Under the pieces are notes generated by a model. It ran no database searches and had not been told where the DNA came from. It was given only the letters and a program-made list of their open reading frames with translations. DNA of 64,000 nt from the NCBI GenBank assembly GCA_965219575.1, contig OZ244779.1, positions 1,164,769 to 1,228,768 on the forward strand, written 5' to 3'. Source of the stretch: Candidatus Oxydemutatoraceae bacterium (GTDB lineage Bacteria; Pseudomonadota; Gammaproteobacteria; Poriferisulfidales; Oxydemutatoraceae). The position numbers and the translations under genes were made by a program. This document shows positions 54,174 through 63,287 of the stretch, piece after piece. Numbering within the stretch: the first letter of the stretch is position 1; the number at the start of each line of letters is the position of its first letter.

Positions 54174-54218
54174 AACCACCGAACCATTCCCCTCTTTCGG
54201 AGGGAGGCAAGTATTCTA

Positions 54219-54282
54219 TGCTATACTACCTTCTATTTACGATAACCGAATATTTAACCGACAACTTAAGAACAAAGGAGGT
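54219..54282 (+). promoter_or_regulatory. Extended -10 promoter and strong RBS of the hydrolase gene
   Basis: TGcTATACT at 54219-54227 and AAGGAGGT at 54275-54282, ahead of the ATG at 54288. Confidence 0.5.
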
Positions 54283-54287
54283 GCATT

Positions 54288-55151
54288 ATGGATGTCAATA
54301 TAAATCTCAACGGATTAGACTTAAAAATAAATGTTGAAAAAGCCGGTTCGGGCAAGACCGCTTTATTAATGGTTCATGGGATCCCTACGAATGCGCGCTT
54401 GTGGCGGCATTTGCAGGAACACTTGAAGGACGACTACACCAGCTATGCGATGGACATGGTCGGTTATGGAATGTCCGACATGCCACTGGATGATTTTGAA
54501 CATACGCTGACTAACCAGGCGGAAGCCATTCGCGCGGTGATAGATGCCCTAGACCTTAAAGGCAAAGTAATCCTCTTGGCACACGATCACGGCGGCGGTG
54601 CCGCACAAATTTTTGCATCGAAGTACTGCGACCATATCAGTCGTCTGGTGCTGATCAACCCGGTAGCATTCGACTACTGGCCAGTGCTCGAAGTAGAAGG
54701 CTTCAACGGCTTGGTGGGTGCCAGTGACGAAGTTTTGCAAGGTGCTATGGCACAGGCTGCTGCAGGCTTCGGTATGCTACTACGCACCGGTAGCCACGAC
54801 AAAATTGCCTTTACCGACCAAAATGTCAAGCAGAATTACTTGCGGTTTTGGGCTCGCGGACCGGGCTTAACCGGCTTCAAGTCTCTGGTTAAAGTCTGTA
54901 GCCAACCCGACAATCAAGAAACCCTGTCGGTAGACCACTCTCAAATAAAATGCCCGACGCTGATTTGCTGGGCATTACACGATGCTTGGATGCCCAAGGA
55001 ATCCGGGATACGCCTCAAAGCTGCAATCGCAGGTCCGGTGAGACTCGAGTTCGTAGAGAGAGCGGGGCATTATGTGCTGGAAGACCGACCCGATGCGATC
55101 GCAGCCTATGTGCATGACTTTATTACCGAATGGGAAGGTGTCTCTTTATAG
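54288..55151 (+). CDS. Alpha/beta-fold hydrolase (epoxide hydrolase/haloalkane dehalogenase-like)
   Basis: HGIP oxyanion motif, DMVGYGMSD, nucleophile elbow AHDHGGG (Asp), and catalytic His in AGHY..EDRP. Confidence 0.88.
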   Translation: MDVNINLNGLDLKINVEKAGSGKTALLMVHGIPTNARLWRHLQEHLKDDYTSYAMDMVGYGMSDMPLDDFEHTLTNQAEAIRAVIDALDLKGKVILLAHDHGGGAAQIFASKYCDHISRLVLINPVAFDYWPVLEVEGFNGLVGASDEVLQGAMAQAAAGFGMLLRTGSHDKIAFTDQNVKQNYLRFWARGPGLTGFKSLVKVCSQPDNQETLSVDHSQIKCPTLICWALHDAWMPKESGIRLKAAIAGPVRLEFVERAGHYVLEDRPDAIAAYVHDFITEWEGVSL

Positions 55152-55204
55152 AGCCTCCCATACACAAACCGCCTGTAGATACTACGGATAACCGGCTTTG
55201 CCGA

Positions 55205-56083
55205 TTAGGGTTTGATATAGTTCGGTGCGATAGTCTCCATTGTCGTAGTGCATAAGGTGTCGCTTTCGGCACAGACGCTATCGACTTGTAGCGATAGATA
55301 ATTATCAAAACTAAAAGGTCGCCCCGGAACGAAATCGCAAACCCGACCTTGCAGCTTTGCCAGACTATCGGGCAAGGCTATAATTTTTACCCGCTTGTCG
55401 AGCAGCTGCGCAACATAGCTTACGATTTGTTCGAGTGTGTATTGTTTAGGTCCGCAGAGATTGATCGATTGACCTATGGTGTTATCGTCGTCGATGCTTT
55501 CTACAACTCGTGTCGCCAGTTCGTTTACATAAACCGGTGCAAACAAGGTGTCTGCACAAGCGAGCGGGAAGAGAGGGACGGGAAGTAGTTTAAGAAGTCG
55601 AGCAAAGCGATTCAAAAAGCTATCTTCGGGACCGAATACCACCGAAGGTCTGAAACTTGTGACCTCCAAGCCGTCGGCTTCGAGCGCAAGCTGCTCGCCG
55701 GCATATTTCGTTTTTAGATATTCACTGGGTCCCTGCGGGTTTACATTCAAGGCACCGACATGTAAGTAGCGTCGGATACCCGCCGAGCGACATGCGTGTA
55801 TGACTTGTCTCACCAACTCTACATGCGCGCGATGAAAATCTTGCGGATGCAAGATGCGCTTATTCAATATCCCGACCAAGTTGATAACGCAATCGCAATC
55901 GCTCAATAGTTCGGCGGAGAAGTGCTGCGGTTCGTAGACCCGCAGTTGGACGCGCGCCGATAAATCGCGCGCAGTTCCGTTGCGGCTTAAGAGGATGATT
56001 TCATGATCTAGAGCCGACAATGTATTTGTTATAGCACCGCCTACAAACCCACTGCCGCCGATTACTGTTACACGCATAGTCAA
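55205..56083 (-). CDS. NAD(P)-binding SDR, complex I NDUFA9-like / NAD-dependent epimerase family
   Basis: GGSGFVG Rossmann motif, VINLVGIL, SEYLKTKYAGE, FRPSVVFGPED and APVYV. Confidence 0.88.
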   Translation of the reverse strand: MTMRVTVIGGSGFVGGAITNTLSALDHEIILLSRNGTARDLSARVQLRVYEPQHFSAELLSDCDCVINLVGILNKRILHPQDFHRAHVELVRQVIHACRSAGIRRYLHVGALNVNPQGPSEYLKTKYAGEQLALEADGLEVTSFRPSVVFGPEDSFLNRFARLLKLLPVPLFPLACADTLFAPVYVNELATRVVESIDDDNTIGQSINLCGPKQYTLEQIVSYVAQLLDKRVKIIALPDSLAKLQGRVCDFVPGRPFSFDNYLSLQVDSVCAESDTLCTTTMETIAPNYIKP

Positions 56084-56104
56084 TAGAGTAGTTTAGGTGT
56101 TTAT

Positions 56105-56494
56105 CGGTATTTTTTCAACCGATGCTCCGTAGGTGTAAGCACAAAGTAGTAATGTGGGACTGTTGAAAAAGTAATGTTCTGCATGAATTCAAACGCTATG
56201 CGCCACATGTATGATAACCACAAAGTCGTAGGGGCAGTATAAAGCCGCCGATTGAGCCGGTAGGTCAATCGGCAACTCTGATGTCTGCCCTTAAGTGCCG
56301 TTCTGCACAGCCGTAACCGCTTGCGCCGTATGGTTTTGGTTTCCATAAATTGGATGAATGAATGTATAAATCGTGCAGGTGTAATGCGTTACGGGCGGAC
56401 ATGTTAGTCCGCCCCTACGGTAGGTAAAAATAAATTTTGTGGATAAACACATTATCCGTGCCAAACGGTATTTTTTCAACCTATGCTCCGTAGG
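56105..56494. repeat. 29-bp direct repeats bracketing the second MITE copy
   Basis: cggtattttttcaacc[g/t]atgctccgtagg at 56105-56133 and 56466-56494 (28/29 identical). Confidence 0.85.
56156..56420. mobile_element. Second, right-end-degenerate copy of the MITE/REPIN element
   Basis: Same left end gggactgttgaaaaagta and an ~90-nt core identical to the first copy. It carries the REP gggcggac..gtccgcccctac (56393-56418) but has no intact right IR. Confidence 0.8.
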
Positions 56495-56683
56495 AATGAA
56501 CTCGCATACCTGTGCGCCCGAACCGCGCATCGCATCTGCATAACCTCAAACGTCTCGCACCGTACGAGTAAGAATATCGGGGTGATTTGTATATCTTTTA
56601 TGCTATTATGAGTTTTTCAATTTTAGGTATGCTATAACCGAATAACATTAGTGTGCGTTTAACAAAGCCTTTTATATTATTCC

Positions 56684-57691
56684 ATGTCCGTTCCTCCTAT
56701 TTATGTAATCAATCTAGAACGAACACCCGAGAGAAAACTTTACATACAAAGACAGCTCGATGCTTTGGGATTAAGCTGTTGTTTTGTGAATGCAATCGAT
56801 AAATACGAGTTACATTCTAAAGACTATAGAAGAGAGATCGCTCGTTATCTGGATATAGAAGAGGACATTATGGAATACAAATATAAAACACTTAAAGATA
56901 GGGGGTTTCCGGTAATGTTGAGCCACATCAAGGCGCATCATTCGATGGTGGAGAATAATATTCCCGCTGCGTGCATATTAGAAGACGATTCTTATCTATT
57001 AACGAGTTTTCCCGAAGTGTTGGCTTCTGCGATGAAGAGACCGTGGGACATATTGAAACTTAGTAGTTATGGAAAGACTCCCAATAAGATCATGGTTAAT
57101 TTATTTAAGAGTTATAGTCCACCTATGCGAATGAGGATTCATAATAGTCTCATCGATATCGTTAATTATAAAAAGAATTATCCGAGTTTGCGTCCGTATA
57201 CTGCGTATCTGGCTGCGCTCGGTGTTATCGAGTGTTATTTTGATGTTGTCGGAAATTATCTATATTTTAATACCCGCTACGGGAAATTTCTAAAGAAAAA
57301 ATATGCTAAGACCAAGAGAATTAATATCGACGAACCCGGCACACATTTTTGGTTGCCGCGATATTATTCATCGGGAATGGGTACGCCGTTGAGTCGCAAT
57401 AAAGCATCGTGGCATAAAATAACAGCCAAGCATTACATCGCCAATCCCGCCGAAGCAACGGGTTCGGGGACGGCGTATATGATTAGATTGTCGACGGTGG
57501 CAATCATTAAACAGGTAGCGATGGATCCTAATTTACCTATACAACATATAGACGCTATTCCGTGGATATTGTATAGACACAAAGGGATAAAGTTTTTTAT
57601 ATGTTCTCCTCCATGCGTCAAGTTCACATATCAATACCTCATTAATTCGGTGCGCTATCGGTTTTTGGGCAAACCCAGAGTCTGGTACTAG
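56684..57691 (+). CDS. Glycosyltransferase family 25 protein
   Basis: IYVINLERTPERK, V.AID, LSH, ILEDD and GTAYMI motifs. AT-rich. A possible extended -10 (TGcTATAAC) lies at 56630-56638. Confidence 0.82.
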   Translation: MSVPPIYVINLERTPERKLYIQRQLDALGLSCCFVNAIDKYELHSKDYRREIARYLDIEEDIMEYKYKTLKDRGFPVMLSHIKAHHSMVENNIPAACILEDDSYLLTSFPEVLASAMKRPWDILKLSSYGKTPNKIMVNLFKSYSPPMRMRIHNSLIDIVNYKKNYPSLRPYTAYLAALGVIECYFDVVGNYLYFNTRYGKFLKKKYAKTKRINIDEPGTHFWLPRYYSSGMGTPLSRNKASWHKITAKHYIANPAEATGSGTAYMIRLSTVAIIKQVAMDPNLPIQHIDAIPWILYRHKGIKFFICSPPCVKFTYQYLINSVRYRFLGKPRVWY

Positions 57692-58017
57692 AACACGCAC
57701 CGTACAAAATCGGACCGCACTTTGTGTGGTGGAACGACCCATATCGATCTACCGATTTATAGAAGCCATTCCGGATGTGACATTTAATGTAGGTTTATTC
57801 GGGGAAATAATGCGGGGTGCAGGAACTTGCAATGTCGGCTTGATAAAAGTAGACCGCTATGTCGGCGAGACCGATACCCGACGGGGTGATATTGCTCTCC
57901 CAAAAGGGCAATATTACAGGGGAGACTGTCATTCGTCTTATATTTACTACCGTTCATCCAAAACCGGAATCATCGCCTTTATTTATGGGCAAAATCGGCA
58001 TATTGGCTTAACGAGGA

Positions 58018-59637
58018 ATGAATATGCAAGTGCAAACAAATTTATTGATAGCAATCGGTGTCGTTTCCGAGCGACGACATCGCGATATAGAAAACCGATA
58101 TTCAAGGTTTCTGTTTTATTTGATAGCGGCATCGGCTTTGGTCGGTTGTATGTCGGTGGATACCGGTGCGCGGCGCATCGACAAAGAGGCGTTAGAGGCG
58201 GCGTACTATCAAAATCCGTCGCCCGAGTCTTATTTCAAAATTAACGAAGCGGCGGTTCCGTCGCAACTACTTCGTCGGGTAAATGTTACGAATGCACGGC
58301 TGAGTCTACGCGAGGCAATTCATGCAACGCTACCGTTTACCGTCGTCGTACGAGCGAAGGATGTTTCGGTAGATCTAGACCGAGTAATCCGCATAAGAAC
58401 CGGTACCGAGATGCGGGTTGTCGATTTCCTCACCTATTTGGAGGGCTTGAGTAATTATCGGATCGGCTTAAATCCGGAGAATAATATCGTCGAAGTCGCC
58501 GCGTATGTCACTCGTCGTTGGAATCTGGCGGCGATTGCTTCCGCCGGTCTCAATCAAATTCATTTCGGCTCGGCGACGAATACCGACGACGATAGCAACG
58601 ATGGCGATATCGGACACTCGGTCGACACCGAAATTTCTATTTCCAGCCGTATGGAATACGGAGACAAAACACCGTGGCAGGTGCTCGTAGAGCAGGCAAA
58701 TTGCATCATGAAAACACGTTTGTGCGAGCAGGATGTTTTTGAGTCATCGAACGAGAGTTTTGCGGTCGACGACCGCAACGATTTTGTCGACGAGTTATCG
58801 TGGGTGCAAGCCGACCAAAGAACCGGCCTGATGGTTGCTTCGGGTCCGTTGCAAGAGATCGACCGCTTGGGAGAATGGCTGACACCGTTGGCGCAAAAGT
58901 CTACCCGCTTGGTGCAGATGGAAGTATTGATATTGGATGTTGCGAATAACGACGCCAAGGTCAAATTGTTTAATCTCTTGGCACTCGACGGTTCGGAGCG
59001 CGTCGGTTTATCGGGTGGCAGCGAAGCGGGTATCGGTTTGACCGCCGGGGGTTGGGTTATCGATTCCGATTTCTCGATCAACGGAACCGACTTTAATGTG
59101 CTACTCAATAATTTCGATAGAGCGCAAGACATACAAGTGTTGCATCGCACCAATCTAATCGCCGCAAACGGCGGTGTTGCGCGTATCAATTCGGTTGAAA
59201 CTTTCTCGTACGCAGGCGGTCAAGAGATTATACCGGGCGACGCGAATAATCAGCAGCGGGTGTCGGCGAGTTTGGAACAAGCGCAGATCGGTTTGGAATT
59301 GACGGTGATGCCGCAGTTGTTGGCGGACGATAAAATTTTATTGACGGTCATCCCGGCGTTGTCGTCGTTGATAAGATTTGAGGACATCGTATCCGGCGGT
59401 GTCACGATATCCAGAGCGCCGCGTATATCGTTGACTAATTTAAGTTCTAAAGCGATCACCCGTTCGGGGCGTGCGGTTCCGGTAGGTGGTTTGACAACCG
59501 AGCAAATCAGCGATAGGGTCAGTGCCTCTTTAGGATTGGGTAAAACGGTACTGGGTGAACTATTCACATCCAAAGATAACAGTGGGCAGTTGCGCGAGTT
59601 GGTTGTCGTGGTGCTGCCTAGGGAGGTATCGGTATGA
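58018..59637 (+). CDS. Secretin-family outer-membrane lipoprotein (PilN/BfpB/MshL-like)
   Basis: Lipobox ALVGC. C-terminal secretin motifs GLELTVMPQ, VPVGGL and RELVVVVLP. The start may be the ATG at 58024 (GAGGA lies 6 nt upstream). Confidence 0.78.
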   Translation: MNMQVQTNLLIAIGVVSERRHRDIENRYSRFLFYLIAASALVGCMSVDTGARRIDKEALEAAYYQNPSPESYFKINEAAVPSQLLRRVNVTNARLSLREAIHATLPFTVVVRAKDVSVDLDRVIRIRTGTEMRVVDFLTYLEGLSNYRIGLNPENNIVEVAAYVTRRWNLAAIASAGLNQIHFGSATNTDDDSNDGDIGHSVDTEISISSRMEYGDKTPWQVLVEQANCIMKTRLCEQDVFESSNESFAVDDRNDFVDELSWVQADQRTGLMVASGPLQEIDRLGEWLTPLAQKSTRLVQMEVLILDVANNDAKVKLFNLLALDGSERVGLSGGSEAGIGLTAGGWVIDSDFSINGTDFNVLLNNFDRAQDIQVLHRTNLIAANGGVARINSVETFSYAGGQEIIPGDANNQQRVSASLEQAQIGLELTVMPQLLADDKILLTVIPALSSLIRFEDIVSGGVTISRAPRISLTNLSSKAITRSGRAVPVGGLTTEQISDRVSASLGLGKTVLGELFTSKDNSGQLRELVVVVLPREVSV

Positions 59638-60491
59638 CGATATTCGTCCCCGGTCTATTGGAGATAAACGGCAAAAAATGTTTAATCGTTGCCGATTCGT
59701 TGAGCCACGAGCTGCCGGCTTCCGGCACGGTATTGCTGGAGCGAGTAGAGGGTTTTAATATCTTTTGCTTGGCGGAGGAGCTGGTGGCAAAGAAAGCGAT
59801 GTATCGCGGTGTGCCGGTCTACGGTTATTGGCAAACTCTACATGCGTCTAATCATTGGCAACCGGAAACCGGCATCACTGCATACAAGCACGGCACTATC
59901 GGACAATATGTTGCGATCGACCTAGACGAGAAAATCGCAACGACCGGAGAGGTCGTAGACGGTCGTGCCGTTGCTACGGCGGGCGAGCAGCTACGGCAGG
60001 CACAGATACGATGGCTCGAGATAACAACCGACGAGATTACTCTGCCGAGCTGTCCGGCGATGACGATGGCGGAGCAAATCGCAGCGCAAGAAAAAAACAA
60101 TCGGGCGGTGTTGGCGGCGGTGTCGCTTGCGATACTGGCGTTGCTACTCGGATCGGTATCGGGTTCGTGGTATGCCGATAAAGAAACAAGACGAATTGAA
60201 GCACATTACGAAGCTTTGACGGCGCAGATAGAGGTGGCACGCGCAACGGTATCCGAATTAAAAAAGACCAAGCTGGCTACCGCACCCGATCAGCACGAGC
60301 TGTTGACTTTGCTGGAAGCGTTGAGTTGGATAGAAGGAATTGAAATACCGAACTCCGAGATGAGTGCAATTCAATTATCGCTACCTTATCGCTCGTATAA
60401 CGACGCGATTTATATATTGACGCAGCATAACATTCGCTACACCGAGAACTGGTTGCCGGATGGACGCGTACGACTGAGTTTGCAACGATGA
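59634..60491 (+). CDS. Bitopic inner-membrane accessory protein of the T4-filament/T2SS-like system (GspL/PilN-like topology)
   Basis: Cytoplasmic N-domain, single TM (VLAAVSLAILALLLGSV), coiled coil and small C-domain. ATGA overlaps with both neighbours. Confidence 0.55.
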   Translation: MTIFVPGLLEINGKKCLIVADSLSHELPASGTVLLERVEGFNIFCLAEELVAKKAMYRGVPVYGYWQTLHASNHWQPETGITAYKHGTIGQYVAIDLDEKIATTGEVVDGRAVATAGEQLRQAQIRWLEITTDEITLPSCPAMTMAEQIAAQEKNNRAVLAAVSLAILALLLGSVSGSWYADKETRRIEAHYEALTAQIEVARATVSELKKTKLATAPDQHELLTLLEALSWIEGIEIPNSEMSAIQLSLPYRSYNDAIYILTQHNIRYTENWLPDGRVRLSLQR

Positions 60492-60931
60492 CCAAGCTCT
60501 CGATTACGGTCGTTGCTTCGGTGTGCATCTATGTCTGCACGGCGGTGGTGTCTTATATGTTCAACGACGCACAGGTTCGCGATGGCGATTCCGTTATCGA
60601 TATCGGCACCTTAGAAAGTGAACTGCTCGCACTGGAGGATCAAATACAAGTGCTTAAAGGTGCCGAGCCGTTGATGCCCGTAGAGAAGAACTGGTTGACG
60701 GTGCAGAGAATTGTTGCTCGCTACCCCGAGTTGATCTGGCGCGCAAGCGAAGCTCTGGAGATTGCGAGCGAAACCGAAAATGCTTGGGGAGCGGTGATGA
60801 TCGCATCGCCCGACTTGCTTTTGCCGGTAATGCGTTCGATCCAAAGCACGGTACCCGCCGAAGTCTCGGAGATACAGCTGGACCGACGGCAAGGGGTTTT
60901 ATTGATAAATATCTTGGGAACGATTAAATGA
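60488..60931 (+). CDS. Membrane-anchored accessory protein (GspM/PilO-like topology)
   Basis: N-terminal TM, coiled coil and small alpha/beta domain. Called mainly from its position in the operon. Confidence 0.5.
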   Translation: MTKLSITVVASVCIYVCTAVVSYMFNDAQVRDGDSVIDIGTLESELLALEDQIQVLKGAEPLMPVEKNWLTVQRIVARYPELIWRASEALEIASETENAWGAVMIASPDLLLPVMRSIQSTVPAEVSEIQLDRRQGVLLINILGTIK

Positions 60932-61521
60932 AATTGATGAAAATGAACATTTCGGCACAGTATTTAGTGTTGGCGATTTGCGCTTTTGTATACGCTGGTA
61001 CCGCCGTGTCGGAGCCGGCACAATCTGCGCAACCGATTTTGCAGGCCGAAGAGATAAACGAGCGTATGACTTTATACAAGCGTATCAAGTTTGAACAAAA
61101 TAAAAAAGTGTTGATGCAGTTGCTACACGACATTGCCGATATACAAAAGCAATGTAGAGACAAAGGTTATTTGTGCAATGTCGAAGGCAGCGACGATTAT
61201 GGATCGCTTTTGATAGATTTGAATCACGCGCCCGACACACGGCACTCGGACGATACCGTTGCTTCTACGCATGCGGTCGGTGTTGCAATGCCCGATTTGA
61301 GGTTGCTCGGAATAGTCGGCGGGCGGGCGCGATTCGGGCTGGAAGACGGACGCATCGAAGATTTTGCTCCGGGTGAGTTGGTTGCGGATTTTTGGAAAGT
61401 TGCCGAGATCGCTACCGAAAGTGCGTTGCTCGTATCCGAAGAACAGCCCGATATAAAAGTGCGCTATCGAATACACAGAGAGCCGATCTCTAAAGAGGCT
61501 ACGACCGAGGTCGCCCGATGA
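60928..61521 (+). CDS. Periplasmic accessory protein (PilP/GspC-HR-like)
   Basis: Signal peptide, coiled coil, and a C-terminal LRLLGIVGGRARF...PGELV..WKVAEI beta-domain typical of PilP/GspC HR folds. Confidence 0.6.
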   Translation: MKLMKMNISAQYLVLAICAFVYAGTAVSEPAQSAQPILQAEEINERMTLYKRIKFEQNKKVLMQLLHDIADIQKQCRDKGYLCNVEGSDDYGSLLIDLNHAPDTRHSDDTVASTHAVGVAMPDLRLLGIVGGRARFGLEDGRIEDFAPGELVADFWKVAEIATESALLVSEEQPDIKVRYRIHREPISKEATTEVAR

Positions 61522-63287
61522 AGCAACAACAAAGGATGCACAAGTTTAGACAGGTGCTCGAGTATCTGAATCGCAGCGGCGTGCTGGAGCGGGCGACGGT
61601 TAATCATATCGGATGTCCGGAACCCGATAACATCATCGAGAGACTATTGCAGTTGGGCGGCGAGAAGTTGTCTCCCGATTTGCTCGCCGAAGCACTCGCC
61701 GCAGTATTCGATTTAGAGGTCTACTCGCCCGAACACCACGGTGTGCCTATCTGTAAGGACGACGATCAAAAAGATTGGGTTTATGCGAATCACAAGTTAT
61801 TTTTGACTAATCCGTTTATTTCCCCGGCGATCCGGGGCTTATTGAATTCCGAGGTACTGGCTAAAGCACCGTTGAAGGGATACGGTGTACTGCGGGTCGC
61901 AGAGCGTAGCGGTGTGCGCAACGCCGAGCAGTATAAGGAAAATGCCCGCGGTGTTGCCGCCAAGAAGCTCGTTATGAAGTGGCTCAAAGATGCGGTGCAG
62001 GCCGGTGCGAGTGATTTGCAAATCGTACCGATAGACGGCAACAGCGTGTTAATTAAACAACGCATAGACGGAAAGCTTCATCCGCTACACGAATGGGCAT
62101 ACAAAGACGACGAGGGTGTGTCTTATAAACATTTGTGCAATGTAATCTTGAACGAATGTAGACAAGTGACGGGAACCTTCAATCGCCTCATAGACAGCTG
62201 TTTCAAGATCGAGGAAGTGCCGCATCGTGCTATCGAGGTGCGCGTTTCGATGCGTCCTATTTTTGTGGGAGGTGTGAATAAACCGGCATTCTTTTTGCGA
62301 TTTTTGGGCAGTCGCCATGTCAATACATCGAAGATAGCCGATCTGAAGGTGTCCGAACATGTTGCTCGCTTGTTGGAGAAGATTACCGCAATGACCGACG
62401 GGCTGTGCGTCTTTACCGGACCTACCGGTTCCGGTAAAACTACGATGATCTATACCGTCTTGAACGAAATACACCGCCGTTATCCGTATAAATCGATACA
62501 GACTTTGGAAGACCCGGTCGAGCAGAACTTGGAGGGTATAGAGCAAACCCAGATTAGCAACGACGACGGCAGCGCACACAACAACGGCTTGACTTTTGAA
62601 TCGGGGATACGCTCTATGATGCGTACCGATGTAGATTTGATTTTGGTCGGAGAGATAAGAGACAGCCGAACCGCGCGCCAAGCGATGCGCGCCGGGCTTA
62701 CCGGACACGGTGTATTGACTACTTTGCATACCGTAGACGCACTCGGTGTTATAGACCGTTTGATCGATTTGGGAATCGAAAGGACACAACTGGCATCTTG
62801 GTTGCGTTTTGTTTCGGCGCAGCGTTTGGTTGCCGAGGTATGTCGGCATTGCTCGACCGAAGTCGTGGCGCACGACTACTACGAACATCCGGTGCATCAC
62901 TCGGATACCGCACACAAAGTCAGAGTGGCGAATCCCGAAGGGTGTTCGCATTGTCGTGCCGGTTATCGCGGCCGCCGTTTGATTATGGAGGTTATCCCGA
63001 TCGATGCGGCGTTGCAAAAATTACTCAACGAAGGTGCATCGAGTTATGAGATGCGCGCACACATCAAGCAAGAAAAAAGTTATAGGTGTCTGGAGGATTA
63101 TGCGTTGCAGTTATGGTTTCGGGGGGCGACTACTTTGGAAGCCCTATCGGATATTTTCGGTTGTACTTGGGGCGTGCCTAAGAATTCTTCGGTGCGTTCT
63201 AATGAGAACAATCGTTTGAGCCTACCCGAGTACGGTGTATCGGTTGCTCGGGGAAATCACCCCATCGTTAAAGGAGATTTATTATGA
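61518..63287 (+). CDS. GspE/PulE/PilB-family assembly ATPase
   Basis: GASDLQI, RIDGKL, Walker A GPTGSGKTT, Asp box TLEDPVE, Walker B LVGEIRD, His box TGHGVLTTLH, and a CRHC/CSHC zinc motif. Confidence 0.93.
   Translation: MKQQQRMHKFRQVLEYLNRSGVLERATVNHIGCPEPDNIIERLLQLGGEKLSPDLLAEALAAVFDLEVYSPEHHGVPICKDDDQKDWVYANHKLFLTNPFISPAIRGLLNSEVLAKAPLKGYGVLRVAERSGVRNAEQYKENARGVAAKKLVMKWLKDAVQAGASDLQIVPIDGNSVLIKQRIDGKLHPLHEWAYKDDEGVSYKHLCNVILNECRQVTGTFNRLIDSCFKIEEVPHRAIEVRVSMRPIFVGGVNKPAFFLRFLGSRHVNTSKIADLKVSEHVARLLEKITAMTDGLCVFTGPTGSGKTTMIYTVLNEIHRRYPYKSIQTLEDPVEQNLEGIEQTQISNDDGSAHNNGLTFESGIRSMMRTDVDLILVGEIRDSRTARQAMRAGLTGHGVLTTLHTVDALGVIDRLIDLGIERTQLASWLRFVSAQRLVAEVCRHCSTEVVAHDYYEHPVHHSDTAHKVRVANPEGCSHCRAGYRGRRLIMEVIPIDAALQKLLNEGASSYEMRAHIKQEKSYRCLEDYALQLWFRGATTLEALSDIFGCTWGVPKNSSVRSNENNRLSLPEYGVSVARGNHPIVKGDLL

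Noticed and set aside
7566-54173. RGD integrin-binding motifs in the giant protein
   Set aside because: I noticed about nine, roughly what chance predicts in a 15.5k-aa protein rich in Gly, Asp and Arg.
54190-54204. Hairpin after the giant gene as an intrinsic terminator
   Set aside because: The stem is short (CCCTC/GAGGG) and there is no U-tract.
7742-54210. Many antisense and alternate-frame ORFs inside the giant gene
   Set aside because: These are shadow ORFs caused by codon bias and coding repeats (315-bp periodicity); they carry no recognisable motifs.
57726-58244. 172-aa GTG-started ORF
   Set aside because: It overlaps the secretin gene out of frame by over 200 bp and has no recognisable motif or RBS.
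62085-63017. 310-aa minus-strand ORF
   Set aside because: Antisense shadow of the conserved ATPase.
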